Positions 43,482 to 54,742 of a stretch of 64,000 bases of DNA are shown one piece after another. Under the pieces are notes generated by a model. That model was not told where the DNA came from and did not search any database. It was given only the letters and a program-made list of their open reading frames with translations. Origin of the DNA: Rhodospirillales bacterium (lineage in GTDB: Bacteria; Pseudomonadota; Alphaproteobacteria; Bin95); the NCBI GenBank assembly GCA_038143065.1, contig JAYQLI010000035.1:2240894-2304893 (forward strand), written 5' to 3'. The position numbers were made by a program, and so were the translations under genes. Numbering within the stretch: position 1 is the stretch's first letter; every line of letters starts with the position of its first letter.

Positions 43482-44120
43482 ATGCAAGAAGAGTTAATAC
43501 AAAGACGTGGGTTGATGCTTGTGCTGTCTTCCCCGTCTGGCGCGGGTAAGACAACAATTTCGCGCAGGTTGTTAGATATTGAACCTTTGCTTCAAATGTC
43601 AGTATCCGCAACTACGCGTCCAAAGCGGCCAGGTGAAACGGAAGGTCGAGATTATTTTTTTCTAGACCGAGAAGAATTCGGGATGCGCGCTAACAAGGAT
43701 GAGTTCATCGAGCATGCCCGCGTTTTTGATCATTACTATGGAACACCAAAGGGGCCAGTTGAAGATACTTTGAGCAAAGGTCGAGATGTTCTCTTTGATA
43801 TAGATTGGCAGGGCACGCAGCAAATAAAGGAAAAAGCTCCCAGTGATCTTGTGCGTGTTTTTATCCTTCCTCCATCTACTATTGAATTAGAGCAGAGGCT
43901 TCGTCGGCGTGCACAAGATTCTGAGGAAGTGGTTGAACGAAGAATGTCAGAGGCATCATCTGAAATGAGTCATTGGCAGGAATATGAATACGTGATTATC
44001 AATCGAGATATTGAACATAGTGTCGATCAGGTGCGCGCGATTTTGTCGGCAGAAAGACTAAGAAGAGAGCGGCAATTAGGTCTTGGAGGGTTTGTGAAGG
44101 CACTTCGTGAGCAGTGCTAA
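43482..44120 (+). CDS. gmk: Guanylate kinase
   Basis: LSSPSGAGKTT, SATTRPKRPGE.EGRDY, YYGTP, FDIDWQG. Confidence 0.97.
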   Translation: MQEELIQRRGLMLVLSSPSGAGKTTISRRLLDIEPLLQMSVSATTRPKRPGETEGRDYFFLDREEFGMRANKDEFIEHARVFDHYYGTPKGPVEDTLSKGRDVLFDIDWQGTQQIKEKAPSDLVRVFILPPSTIELEQRLRRRAQDSEEVVERRMSEASSEMSHWQEYEYVIINRDIEHSVDQVRAILSAERLRRERQLGLGGFVKALREQC

Positions 44121-44132
44121 GAAGAAAATAAA

Positions 44133-44950
44133 ATGGGCGAAACAACACGGCGAATTCGTGACGCGGGTGGTCGGGCTGAGATTATAAAAACAGATGGCCC
44201 AAAACTATTGGCGTTGGGAGATGGTTACTTAGACTTAGACTTATCTCGTTTTCCAGATGTTGTCCGTGGCGTGGGGGACGACCTAGCTATTGCGGATGGT
44301 CAAGACCTTAATGACCTCTGCCTATCAGTAAATGCTTTTCTGATAGAGACACCAGACCGTCTTTGCTTAATTGATGCTGGTGACGGGGCTCGCCGAGCAC
44401 CTTCTCTGGGACATCTCGAAAAAGCGCTAAAGTCGGCTGGTTATGATCGAGCCGACATCACCGACCTTTTTATGACTCATTTGCATGGAGACCATGCGGC
44501 TGGGTTGGTGCAAGACGGAACGCGATTATTTGAAAACGCTCAATTATTTGTGTCGGAAGAAGAGCATCGTTACTGGAATGCACCTGAGGAACACGATGCC
44601 ATTCAAGCAACGCAGGCACCATTTGCTTTGGCTGCTTTAGAAGCATATCGAGAGCGGATAACCTTAATTCCGGGCCAACGCCAGGCCAGGTGGGTTTTCG
44701 CATTGGTAATGAATTGCCGGTGCTCGTATCGGCAGATGCAATTCACTTACCTACATTGCAAATCAAGCACCCAGAGTGGGGCTTTCTTTTTGATGCAGAT
44801 CGGTCAAAAGCCCTGGAGACACGGCTTGGGCTTCTGGATGCGGTTGTTGAAACTAATATTCGCCTTGCGGGGGCACATATACCATTCCCAGGGGTGATTA
44901 AGGTCGTGCGAAATAATGAAAATATTGGATATGAGACAATAAGAGACTGA
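44133..44950 (+). CDS. Metallo-beta-lactamase-fold hydrolase (AHL lactonase/methyl-parathion hydrolase-like); frameshift near 44670
   Basis: VNAFLI, LIDAG, THLHGDHAAGL (HxHxDH); second frame ADAIH...GAHIPFPG. Confidence 0.85.
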
Positions 44951-44961
44951 TGGAGCGATAC

Positions 44962-45902
44962 ATGGCGCCTAAACTTGGATACCTCCTGCCAACCCGTGAA
45001 AGCGTTATGGAGGGTAGGCCTGCCGTTGCCCCTTTGCTTGAGCTTGCGGAGAAGGCGGAAGGTCTTGGGTTTGACTCAGTTTGGATTGGTGATTCTGTCA
45101 TAGCGCGACCTCGGCATGAACCTTTAACCTTACTCGCTACGGTGGCAGGCCGAACTCGCAATGTTGCGTTAGGAACCGCAGTTTTGCTTCCGGCTCTACG
45201 CAATCCCGTCTTGTTAGCCCACACTTGCGCGACACTCGATCAAGCTAGCGAGGGAAGATTAATACTGGGCGTCGGTATAGCGACTGATGTTCCAAATATA
45301 CGTCACGAATTTGAAGCGTGTGGCGTTCCGTTCGATAAGCGAGTTGGTCGAATGTTAGAGGGGCTGAGGTTAGCTCGAGCTCTATGGTCAGGTGAGCCAT
45401 TAGATTGGGATGGGCGGTGGAAAATGAATCAGGCTATCTTAGGCCCAACCCCGTATCAAAAGGGTGGGCCACCTATTTGGATAGGCGCAAAAGTAGAGGC
45501 TGCTTTCAAACGTATCGCGCGGGAGTTTGATGGGTGGTTCCCGAATGGTCCGGATCCTGAGGGTTGGAAGACTCAGAGAGCGCAGCTTGATGCTGAAATC
45601 GTTGCAGAAGGGCGTGACCCAAAGTCTGTCACAGGGGCGTTATATGCAACATTTGCTATTGATGAAAATGTCTCGCAAGCAGAAGCGCGTTTGAACCAGT
45701 TTATGTCAAGTTACTATGGCGCCCGGCCTGATCTCATGAGGAAGGTTCAATATAGCTACGCGGGTTCTGCGGAGGGGCTGCAAAAGTTCTTCAAGCATAT
45801 GCGGATGCTGGTGTAGAGCACATATGCTTGCGCTTTGCTGGAGATCATTCTCGTTCGCTTGATGTTTTCGCAGATATTCGAAAAGGATTGGGGTGGAATT
45901 GA
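44962..45902 (+). CDS. Luciferase-like (LLM) flavin-dependent oxidoreductase; frameshift near 45790
   Basis: AEGLGFDSVWIGD, LGTAVL...RNPV.LA...ATLD..S.GRLILGVG, PPIWIG, DGW. Confidence 0.85.
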
Positions 45903-46170
45903 TATTTTACGGGTGATGAAAGAGTTTTATTTTTGAGGTCACCCCAGACTTTGAATTAATAATTTGCAACTTAATTCTACTGAGTTTTTAAAAATATCTT
46001 GCCCCCAAATATAGATTTAAGACTGCTTCAGAGCAGGATGATTGTGTGGAAGGTTTCTCTACCTGATTGAAAAAGGCCTAACTGTGCTCTTTTTTAAGGG
46101 AAATTATCAATTTATTAGGCTTTCCATGTTGACCTAAAGACATGACACAGTATTGCCACTGTTTTCAAAT

Positions 46171-46185
46171 GTTCCTATATTGTTC
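46171..46185 (+). promoter_or_regulatory. Alphaproteobacterial LexA (SOS) box
   Basis: GTTC-CTATATT-GTTC is a perfect GTTC-N7-GTTC, followed in register by GTTG at 46193; just downstream of a TTGACC-N16-TATTGC promoter candidate (46129-46156). Confidence 0.6.
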
Positions 46186-46261
46186 TATATCTGTTGAGAA
46201 CTATTTTTATTTTTAGATAGCGATCTATTTGTCCTTCATGTAGATTGAATTTTCTATTAGA

Positions 46262-46277
46262 ACACAAGATGTAGTAG
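46262..46277 (+). promoter_or_regulatory. NrdR box
   Basis: ACACAAGATGTAGTAG matches the acaCwAnATrTwGtg consensus, about 50 nt upstream of nrdA. Confidence 0.65.
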
Positions 46278-46324
46278 AGATTTGGGGAAAATGTTTTCCT
46301 CAAGCTGTGGATGGAGTGAGCTTA

Positions 46325-48247
46325 ATGGACGGAACAAGCAGGATTTCTGCCGATGATGGAGCAATGGCTGCTCTGGATAAAGCTCTGGATATCGAGAGGA
46401 CAACGCTTTCTGCTCATGCTCTTGGTGGAGACATTGCGCGCGATGTCTTTCAAAATGCCCGTGGAATATCAGTTCTCATTGATCGTTCTCGTGATGAATT
46501 GCTGACTCCTTTTGGAAAAGCGACTTTAGCCGATCGTTATTTAATGCAAGACGAGGGCTTTCAGGATTTATTCGCCCGCGTTGCTGGCCACTTTGCTGAT
46601 GACACCGCTCATGCACAGCGTCTCTATGATTACATCTCTCGCCTTTGGTTTATGCCCGCTACCCCAGTTCTGTCCAATGGGGGAACAAAACGTGGGCTGC
46701 CGATTTCATGCTTTCTCAATGAAGCTTCAGACAGTTTGGGCGGTATAGTTGGCCTCTGGAATGAAAATGTCTGGTTGGCTGCTAGGGGTGGAGGCATTGG
46801 AAGTTATTGGGGCAATCTGCGCTCTATAGGAGAGCAGGTAGGGGGTAATGGGAAAACCTCAGGTGTTGTTCCATTCATTCGAGTTATGGACAGCATGACA
46901 TTGGCTATCAGTCAGGGAAGCCTGCGCCGTGGTTCCGCCGCAGTTTATATGCCGGTTTGGCATCCAGAGATTGAGGAATTCATTGAAATCCGTCGGCCGA
47001 CTGGTGGCGATCCAAACAGAAAGGCACTCAATCTTCACCATGGTGTACTCCTAACGGATGCGTTCATGCGTGCTGTTGAGGCTGACGAGCAGTGGGCACT
47101 TGTTAGTCCAAAGGATAGTGCACTAATAAAAACGGTATCGGCGCGTGAGCTTTGGATCAGAATTTTGACGGCCCGAATTGAGACAGGTGAGCCGTACATC
47201 ATCTATTCTGATGCTGTGAATCGGGAAATTCCGCAGCATCAAAAATTGGCAGGTCTATCTGTTAAAACATCAAATTTGTGTAGTGAAATCACGCTGACAA
47301 CAGGAATTGATCAGCATGGCGGTGACCGTACGGCTGTTTGTTGTCTTTCATCCCTTAATCTCGAAAAATACGATGAATGGCAGTCGGCACCTGGTTTTGT
47401 TGAAGACGTTATGCGGTTCTTGGATAACGTTCTTCAAGATTTTATTGATCAGGCACCAGAAGAATTTTCTAAAGCCAAATATGCGGCCATGCGTGAGCGT
47501 TCTGTAGGTCTTGGAGTAATGGGCTTCCATTCATTCCTGCAGCAAAAAAACACTCCATTTGAGAGCGCCATGGCAAAGTCATGGAACATGAGAATGTTTA
47601 AGCAAATTCGGGAGCAGGCGGATGCTGCTTCTGCTAAATTGGCGGAAGAAAGAGGTCCTTGCCCCGATGCGGCGGAATACGGCATTAAGGAGCGTTTCTC
47701 TCATAAACTCGCTATTGCTCCCACTGCTTCGATTTCCATTATTTGTGGGGGAGCGTCGCCTGGGATCGAGCCAAGTGCCGCAAATGCTTTTACCCATAAG
47801 ACGCTCTCAGGGTCTTTTGGCGTGCGTAATCGCTATTTAGAGGAAGTTTTGGAGCGTCATGGCAGAAATGATGCAGAAACATGGTCATCTATAGTAACTC
47901 GAGAAGGATCTGTTCAGCATTTAGAATTTCTCACTGATCTTGAGAAAGATGTGTTCAAAACTGCGTTCGAGTTGGACCAGCGCTGGGTAATAGAGTTGGC
48001 TGCAGATCGTACACCGGTTGTGTGTCAGTCTCAGTCAGTCAATTTATTTTTGCCGGCAGATGTGCACAAACGCGATCTGCATCATTTACATTTTCAGGCT
48101 TGGAAAAAAGGAATGAAGTCTCTTTATTACCTCCGTTCTAAGTCGATCCAACGGGCTGATGTAGTTAGTCGCTTTGGTGCGGCTCCAGTGGTTCAGTCTG
48201 TTGAAGGTGGGCAGCTCGACTACGAAGAATGCCTTGCCTGTCAGTAA
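46325..48247 (+). CDS. nrdA: Ribonucleotide reductase class Ia alpha subunit, short form without ATP cone
   Basis: PATPVLSNGG, ISCF, SNLCSEI, VCCLSS, RSVGLGVMG, IAPTAS, SLYYLRS, C-terminal CLACQ; start could be 46307. Confidence 0.96.
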   Translation: MDGTSRISADDGAMAALDKALDIERTTLSAHALGGDIARDVFQNARGISVLIDRSRDELLTPFGKATLADRYLMQDEGFQDLFARVAGHFADDTAHAQRLYDYISRLWFMPATPVLSNGGTKRGLPISCFLNEASDSLGGIVGLWNENVWLAARGGGIGSYWGNLRSIGEQVGGNGKTSGVVPFIRVMDSMTLAISQGSLRRGSAAVYMPVWHPEIEEFIEIRRPTGGDPNRKALNLHHGVLLTDAFMRAVEADEQWALVSPKDSALIKTVSARELWIRILTARIETGEPYIIYSDAVNREIPQHQKLAGLSVKTSNLCSEITLTTGIDQHGGDRTAVCCLSSLNLEKYDEWQSAPGFVEDVMRFLDNVLQDFIDQAPEEFSKAKYAAMRERSVGLGVMGFHSFLQQKNTPFESAMAKSWNMRMFKQIREQADAASAKLAEERGPCPDAAEYGIKERFSHKLAIAPTASISIICGGASPGIEPSAANAFTHKTLSGSFGVRNRYLEEVLERHGRNDAETWSSIVTREGSVQHLEFLTDLEKDVFKTAFELDQRWVIELAADRTPVVCQSQSVNLFLPADVHKRDLHHLHFQAWKKGMKSLYYLRSKSIQRADVVSRFGAAPVVQSVEGGQLDYEECLACQ

Positions 48248-48285
48248 GCCTTTTACCTTCTTAATCCCGGCAGGAGCGCCGAAAA

Positions 48286-49245
48286 ATGTCTCTTCTTGAT
48301 GCTAAGGCTACATATAAGCCTTTTGATTATCCTTGGGCCTACGAGGCGTGGCAGACGCAGCAGCGTCTCCACTGGTTGCCTGAAGAAGTACCTCTGGCCG
48401 AAGATGTTCGGGATTGGGCCCAAAAACTTTCGGATGGCGAGCGCAATCTTCTCACCCAGATTTTTCGGTTTTTCACTCAAGCTGATGTTGAAGTGAATAA
48501 CTGTTACATGAAGCACTACTCTAAAGTTTTTGAGCCGACTGAAGTGCAGATGATGCTTGCTGCCTTTTCAAATATTGAGACGGTTCATATTGCTGCATAC
48601 AGCCACTTGCTTGATACAATAGGTATGCCTGAAGTCGAGTATTCAGCCTTCCTTCGCTACAAAGAGATGAAGGATAAATATGATTACATGCAGCAGTTTG
48701 GAGTCTCCACAAAGCCAGATATAGCAATGACATTGGCTGTGTTTGGAGCCTTCACTGAAGGACTCCAACTATTTGCTAGCTTTGCAATGTTATTAAACTT
48801 CCCGCGATTTAATAAAATGAAGGGTATGGGACAGATCGTAGCTTGGTCGGCAAGAGATGAGACTTTGCACGCTAATTCAATTATCCGCCTCTTTAGAACC
48901 TTTGTTCGTGAATACCCTGACAGTGCACAGGATTTAGAACCAAAGTTGCGAGATGCCCTGAATATAATAGTTGAGCACGAAGACGCCTTTATAGATCTTG
49001 CATTTAGTTTGGGAACAATCCAGGGCCTAAAGGCTAATGAGGTAAAATCTTATATTCGCTACATCGGGGACATGCGTCTTGCGCAATTAGGATTCGAGGA
49101 GCCAGAGTTTGGCATTGCCCGAAATCCGCTGCCTTGGATGGATGAGATGTTAAATGGCCTTGAGCATGCAAATTTCTTTGAAAACCGGGCTACAGAATAT
49201 TCAAAAGCCGCAACTCAGGGATCCTGGGAAGAGGCATTCGCGTGA
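48286..49245 (+). CDS. nrdB: Ribonucleotide reductase class Ia beta subunit
   Basis: HWLPEEVP, FFTQAD, ETVHIAAY (radical Tyr present), EGLQLF, RDETLH, NFFENRATEY. Confidence 0.96.
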   Translation: MSLLDAKATYKPFDYPWAYEAWQTQQRLHWLPEEVPLAEDVRDWAQKLSDGERNLLTQIFRFFTQADVEVNNCYMKHYSKVFEPTEVQMMLAAFSNIETVHIAAYSHLLDTIGMPEVEYSAFLRYKEMKDKYDYMQQFGVSTKPDIAMTLAVFGAFTEGLQLFASFAMLLNFPRFNKMKGMGQIVAWSARDETLHANSIIRLFRTFVREYPDSAQDLEPKLRDALNIIVEHEDAFIDLAFSLGTIQGLKANEVKSYIRYIGDMRLAQLGFEEPEFGIARNPLPWMDEMLNGLEHANFFENRATEYSKAATQGSWEEAFA

Positions 49246-49297
49246 TTTGAACTGTCAGTTAGCTCGTTAGACTTTGTTTCTAGACTATTGGGTCTAA

Positions 49298-49813
49298 TCA
49301 CTCATCGTAGGTGATCATAGTTTCTAAAGGACAAGGGACTTTGGATCGGCCATCTAAAAAGGTTAGCTCAATTATGCATGCGGCACCTGCGACTGTTGCC
49401 CCCTGGTTATTGATCAGCTGGACAGCCGCTGCCATGGTTCCCCCTGTTGCGAGCAAGTCATCTAGAATTACAACTCGATCATTGGAGTTCACTGCATCGC
49501 TTTGAATTTCAATTGTATCGGTCCCGTATTCTAGAGCGTATTGATGAGACACGACCGATCCTGGAAGTTTGCCCTTCTTGCGGAGCATCACAAAACCCAG
49601 GCCAAGTTTTAGGGCTAGAGGAGCTGCTAGTAAAAACCCACGACTTTCTATCCCAATGAGCTTTGTCGGGGTCCATGGTTGGATGGCTTCTGCCATACAG
49701 TCAATCGTCTCAGCCCATGCATTGGGATGAGCTAGAAGAGTAGAAATGTCATAAAATAAAATGCCTGGCTTTGGAAAATTAGGAATTAAACGTATGTGAT
49801 CTTTTATATTCAT
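49298..49813 (-). CDS. apt: Adenine phosphoribosyltransferase
   Basis: [45 protein letters not shown]. Confidence 0.97.
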   Translation of the reverse strand: MNIKDHIRLIPNFPKPGILFYDISTLLAHPNAWAETIDCMAEAIQPWTPTKLIGIESRGFLLAAPLALKLGLGFVMLRKKGKLPGSVVSHQYALEYGTDTIEIQSDAVNSNDRVVILDDLLATGGTMAAAVQLINNQGATVAGAACIIELTFLDGRSKVPCPLETMITYDE

Positions 49814-49943
49814 ACTGATGCCCTGGGTTTTATAAAATTTTAATTAGAGTATCCCACAAAATGGGCTTGGAAAATTGTTTTCTAAAGACCTCTAGTGCTC
49901 TTCATAAACTAATTCAGAACATATACGATTTTGAGAATTCGTA

Positions 49944-52401
49944 ATGAAAAAATGCATCAATTTGGTGAAGTCTATCTTGGAATTTCAATTTCCCAAAACA
50001 GCTAGTGCAGTGATTGTTGGTGGAGGTGTGGCGGGTCTTTCGGTTGCTTATCACCTCTCAAAACTGGGTTGGCAAGATATCGTCTTGCTGGAACGGAAAC
50101 AGATCGCTTCCGGGACTACTTGGCATGCGGCAGGGTTAGTCCGATCTAATATTGGATCGGCGACGTTGACGCGTATCGCGAAGGATCAGCCACTTTTTTC
50201 AGAGCTAGAGGCGACGACAGGTCAGATAACAGGCTTTAAGCAAAATGGTAGTTTGGGAATTGCAAATAATACTGCACGTTGGGAAGAGCATCGTCGTGCA
50301 TATTCCTTCGCCCATGCTATGGGGGTTGAAGCACACCTTATTGACGCAAGAGAGGCAGGCCGTCTTTGGCCTTTTCTCGAGACGTCTGATCTTTTGGGAG
50401 CCCTTTGGTACCCGCATGATGGACAGGTGAATCCGCTCGATTTTGCCCAAGCCTTGGCAAAAGGTGCCAGACAATCTGGTGTTAGGATTATTGAAGGTGT
50501 TAAAGCCACTGCGATAAGGTCAAGCCGAGGTCATGTGACAGGCATTGAGACGACTAAAGGTGAAATAGAAAGTCCTGTTGTCGTAAATGCTGCTGGTATG
50601 TGGGCAAAAGAGTTTGGGCGCCTTGCTGATGTTCCAGTTCCCGTACAGGCATGTGAGCATTTTTATGTGGTGACTGAGCCCTTGGAAAGCCTGTCGCCAA
50701 CACTCCCTGTGCTTCGTGATATGGATGGATGTGCCTACTATAAAGAAGATGCGGGAAAACTTCTCATAGGTGCATTTGAGCCGAAGGCAAAGCCTTGGGG
50801 TCTAGAGGGTATTCCAGAAGAATTTTGCTTTGACGAACTGCCAGAAGACTTTGACCACTTCCAGCCAATCTTAGAGCAGGCGATGCGCCGTGTACCAATC
50901 TTAGAAAAAATTGGCATTAGAAAATTTTTTTAATGGGCCTGAAGGTTTTACCCCAGATCAGCGCTACTATCTCGGAGAGACTGCAGAGCTTGCTGGGTTT
51001 TATGTTCTCGCCGGATTCAATTCGATTGGGATTCAGTCAGGCGGTGGTGCGGGTAAGGCATTAGCGGAATGGATTGATTGTGGGGAGATGCCATTCGATC
51101 TTACAGCAGTAGATGCGCAACGTGCTCTTCATCACGAGACACAACCAAGTTTTCTCGTCCCACGCGTGTCAGAGGCTCTAGGACTGTTGTATGCGATGCA
51201 CTGGCCAGGAAGAGAATTTGAAACGAGCAGGAATGTGGTCCTGTCGCCGCTTCATAACGAGACTGAGGAAGCAGGAGCTGTTTACGGAGCTGTTTCAGGG
51301 AAAGAGAGACCAAACTGGTACGCAAAACCAGGTCAAAAACGTGAATATGCCTACAGTTACGGACGGGCTAATTGGTTTGAAAATGTTGCTTTGGAGCATT
51401 CTGCGACCCGAAGGGCTGTAGGACTTTTTGATCAGTCCTCATTTGGTAAATTTCTAGTTCAGGGGCGGGATGCCGTTTCATGTTTGGAAAGACTGTCAAC
51501 TAATTCTGTGTCTATCTCGCCTGGCCGCACGATTTACACGCAATGGCTAAACAGCAGAGGTGGGATTGAAGCAGACCTAACTGTAACCCGCCTTGAAGAT
51601 GAGCAGTTTCTGGTTACCACAGGTGCAGCTGTTTCGAAGCGTGACTTGACGCGCCTCAATAGGATGGCCCAATCCTTCGAAAAGGTAACTGTTAACGATG
51701 TTTCCAATAAGTTTGCGGTGATCGGAGTCATGGGCCCATTCGCTCGAGACTTTCTGCAACCAATAACAGAAACAAGTCTTGATCACTCTGTATTTCGTTT
51801 TGGGGCTTCAAAATTATCACGAGTAGCCGGCATAACTTGTCGTTTAACACGAATTAGTTATGTGGGAGAGCTGGGTTGGGAGATATCCTGTTTGGCAGAT
51901 GACGCGCCCAAGCTCTGGAGGGCTCTTTCTGCAGATGGCCAAGGATTTGGAGCAGTTCCAGCCGGTATGTACGCGATGAATACCCTTCGTTTGGAGAAGG
52001 GATATCGCCACTGGGGCCACGACATCAGTCCAGAGGATAATCCGTTCGAAGCCGGTTTAGAGTATTTTTTACGATTAGAAAAAAATGCAGAGTTTGTTGG
52101 GCAGTCTGCATTAATGGAAAAAAAAGAATTAGAGCCAAGACGACGACTCATGTCGTTTAGGTTGGAAGATCCATGGCCTCTTCTTCATGGTAATGAGCCA
52201 ATTTTTATTGATGGGAAATGCATCGGTTGGGTCACGTCAGGTGGTTTTGGACACAGTCTAGGCGTGTCTATCGGTCTAGGTTATGCGTCGGTAGTTAAGT
52301 TGGATGGAGCTTATGAGGTTGAGATTGCTGGAGAGAGGTTCCCTGCTGTTGGAAGTCTCAAGCCTCTTTATGAGCCAGATAATCCTCACCTCAGAGCCTA
52401 G
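49944..52401 (+). CDS. GcvT-family FAD-dependent oxidoreductase (dimethylglycine/sarcosine dehydrogenase-like); frameshift at the T-run 50925-50931
   Basis: IVGGGVAG, SGTTWHAAGL, NGPEGFTPD, FDQSSFGK, RISYVGELGWE, LRLEKGYRHWG; start uncertain. Confidence 0.9.
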
Positions 52402-53129
52402 GCGCCAATTCCATGTAACAGCCAACCAACACCATAGGCGACTGCTGCGGCGGCAAGTCCTATCGCGAGTGTCTCTAGACCATCGCGGCTCCAATGACTG
52501 GTAGAAAAACGACTCTTTGTAGCACCGGTTACAAAAAATGTTGCTCCCGTAAGGGCGAGAGCGGCAGGAGCAGCACTTTCTTGTAAAAAAAGAAATGGAA
52601 GCAATGGCATTGCACCTGCCACCACAAAAGCAGCGAACGTGACTAGTGCAGCGGTCATCGGCTCGCGCAGCACTGGAGGTTGTCCGTATTCTTCAACCAG
52701 CATGAAGTCGATCCATCGGTCTTCATCGGCAGATGTAACTTCAACGGCCTGGTCAAGGGCATCACCTTCAAAGCCCTTGGAGCGATAAATTTCGCGAATT
52801 TCGCGGCGTTCGCCTTCAGGATTTTCACGAATGTGCCGAGCCTCTATTGCGCGAAGACGCTCTGCCTCGTCATGTTCAGCTTTAGTCCCGGAATAGTTGG
52901 CGGCTGCCATTGAAAATCCATCAGCTAGTAGGTTTGCGCAGCCTAGGATTAAGACAATTCGTGCTGATAGATCCGCTCCAATGACCCCAGCTACGATAGC
53001 AAAAGTCGTAACAGCACCATCAATTGCCCCATAGATCCAGTCGCGCAGATAACCTGGCTGAGCCCCAGCTTCGAGCCTCTCCCTTATAGCTGCTGTCCCA
53101 TGCTCATGATCGCCAATATCGCGTGCCAA
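52398..53129 (-). CDS. VIT1/CCC1-family Fe/Mn transporter
   Basis: LRDWIYGAIDGAVTTFAIVAG, ANLLADGFSMAA.NY, M..EEYG. Confidence 0.9.
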   Translation of the reverse strand: MARDIGDHEHGTAAIRERLEAGAQPGYLRDWIYGAIDGAVTTFAIVAGVIGADLSARIVLILGCANLLADGFSMAAANYSGTKAEHDEAERLRAIEARHIRENPEGERREIREIYRSKGFEGDALDQAVEVTSADEDRWIDFMLVEEYGQPPVLREPMTAALVTFAAFVVAGAMPLLPFLFLQESAAPAALALTGATFFVTGATKSRFSTSHWSRDGLETLAIGLAAAAVAYGVGWLLHGIGA

Positions 53130-53207
53130 AACTAATCTCCAATCTTCATAGATAAGGCTTAGCAGTTATAATCTTCCGAAGAAACTGGGCAGTTATGGAG
53201 ATATCCT

Positions 53208-53858
53208 ATGGCGGATGATGCAACCTATTGTTTTCACACTTTGCTCATGGCGCCCCTAGAATGGAGTAAAGTAGGTGAGGCTGCCTCTGCCATTCGTCAG
53301 GCTTTAGCGCCATTGGGTGGCTCACTTTATGGGGCCTGGCGCAGTCAGATTGGAAGGCCGCGCGACGAAGTCCAACTGATAACACGTTGGCCTAACGAAG
53401 ATGCAGATTTGGCAGAAAAAGCTCTTACTAGTGTTTTACCGTCAATGCGTTCTGCATTAAGCGTTCAAATGAGGCCCACTCTTCGTCCAATTGACTCAAG
53501 ACCCCCAACACTGCAAGGCAATTATGCTTTTAGACAATTTACCACGCCGGAGTCAGACTGGCCTGAATTTCTAGATCTGTGCGCTGGTGCTTGGTCTGAT
53601 TTTGAAAAATCCTATGATAGTCAGGTCATTGGTCTTTGGAGATTCAATATTCCAAACAAAGGGCTGGTCCAAAGCTTGCTTCTCACACGAAGACCCAATC
53701 TCGCAATGTGGGAGCGGTCTAAAATTCCAGAAAATGCAACTGAGGCAGAGGTGCGTCGTAAGTTATCCCGTCGATATGATTTGTGCATCGATACAGATGT
53801 ATTCACGACTACCTTACTCACAGCTGGCGACAGGAAGGATGAAGCACGCTGGACTTGA
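53208..53858 (+). CDS. Hypothetical protein, tandem NIPSNAP-like alpha/beta-barrel domains
   Basis: Two repeats with LYGAWRSQIG and VIGLWR strands; GGAG upstream. Confidence 0.55.
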   Translation: MADDATYCFHTLLMAPLEWSKVGEAASAIRQALAPLGGSLYGAWRSQIGRPRDEVQLITRWPNEDADLAEKALTSVLPSMRSALSVQMRPTLRPIDSRPPTLQGNYAFRQFTTPESDWPEFLDLCAGAWSDFEKSYDSQVIGLWRFNIPNKGLVQSLLLTRRPNLAMWERSKIPENATEAEVRRKLSRRYDLCIDTDVFTTTLLTAGDRKDEARWT

Positions 53859-53912
53859 ATATCTAAGATATGGAAGATTAACCAACCAACTTTCAATTTA
53901 GAGGGGCCAACC

Positions 53913-54742
53913 ATGTCGACTTATGAAACAATCATCGTTGAGCCCATAACGCCACGGATAGGCGCCATGGTCTCAGGTATCGACCTTGCTAAGCCACTAG
54001 GCAATCAAGAATTCCAAGAAATTCATGACGCTTTGATGCGTCATGAGGTTATCTTTTTTCGTGATCAGCACCTTACACTAGAGCAGCATAAAGAATTTGG
54101 GCGTAGATTCGGCGAACTGGATATTCATCCTGGTTCGCCTGGACCAGAGGGACACCCAGAGGTTCTGGTGATCCATGCCGATGAAAATTCAAAGTTTGTA
54201 GCTGGTGGTCTCTGGCATTCAGACGTCTCGTGCCAAGAGGAGCCACCGATGGGCTCTATCTTGCATCTGCACACGATCCCTTCGTGCGGGGGTGACACTC
54301 TCTTCGCTAGCGCTGGGGCAGCATATGACGCGCTGTCAGAACCCATGAAAGATTTTTTAGCCCTCTGACAGCGGTGCATTCTGGAGAGCATGTGTACCGA
54401 GGACGATACAAGCACCAGGGCATAGATGATGCCGGTAAGGCCTATCCAGAGGCGCGTCATCCCATAATCCGCACTCATCCAGTCACAGGACGAAAATCAC
54501 TTTTTGTAAATGAGGGATTCACTGTTCGTATTCCAGAGTTGGAGAAAAGAGAGAGTGCGGCGCTTCTCAAATTCTTAACTGATCATATAACCCAGCCTCA
54601 ATTCCAAGTGCGTTTTCGATGGGAAAAGCACTCTGCGGCTTTCTGGGACAATCGTGCAGTCCAGCATCATGCTATGTGGGATTATTTTCCTGAAGTGAGA
54701 TCTGGTTATCGGGTTACGGTCGAGGGCAGTCGACCTTTTTAG
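53913..54742 (+). CDS. TauD/TfdA-family dioxygenase, second paralogue; frameshift near 54361
   Basis: IGAMVSGIDL, HEVIFFRDQ, WHSDVS, GGDTLFAS; second frame HPIIRTHPVTG, WDNRAVQHHA, RVT. Confidence 0.9.

Noticed and set aside
46325-49245. Prophage-derived RNR
   Set aside because: No phage genes, integrase or attachment sites nearby, and host-type regulatory boxes lie upstream
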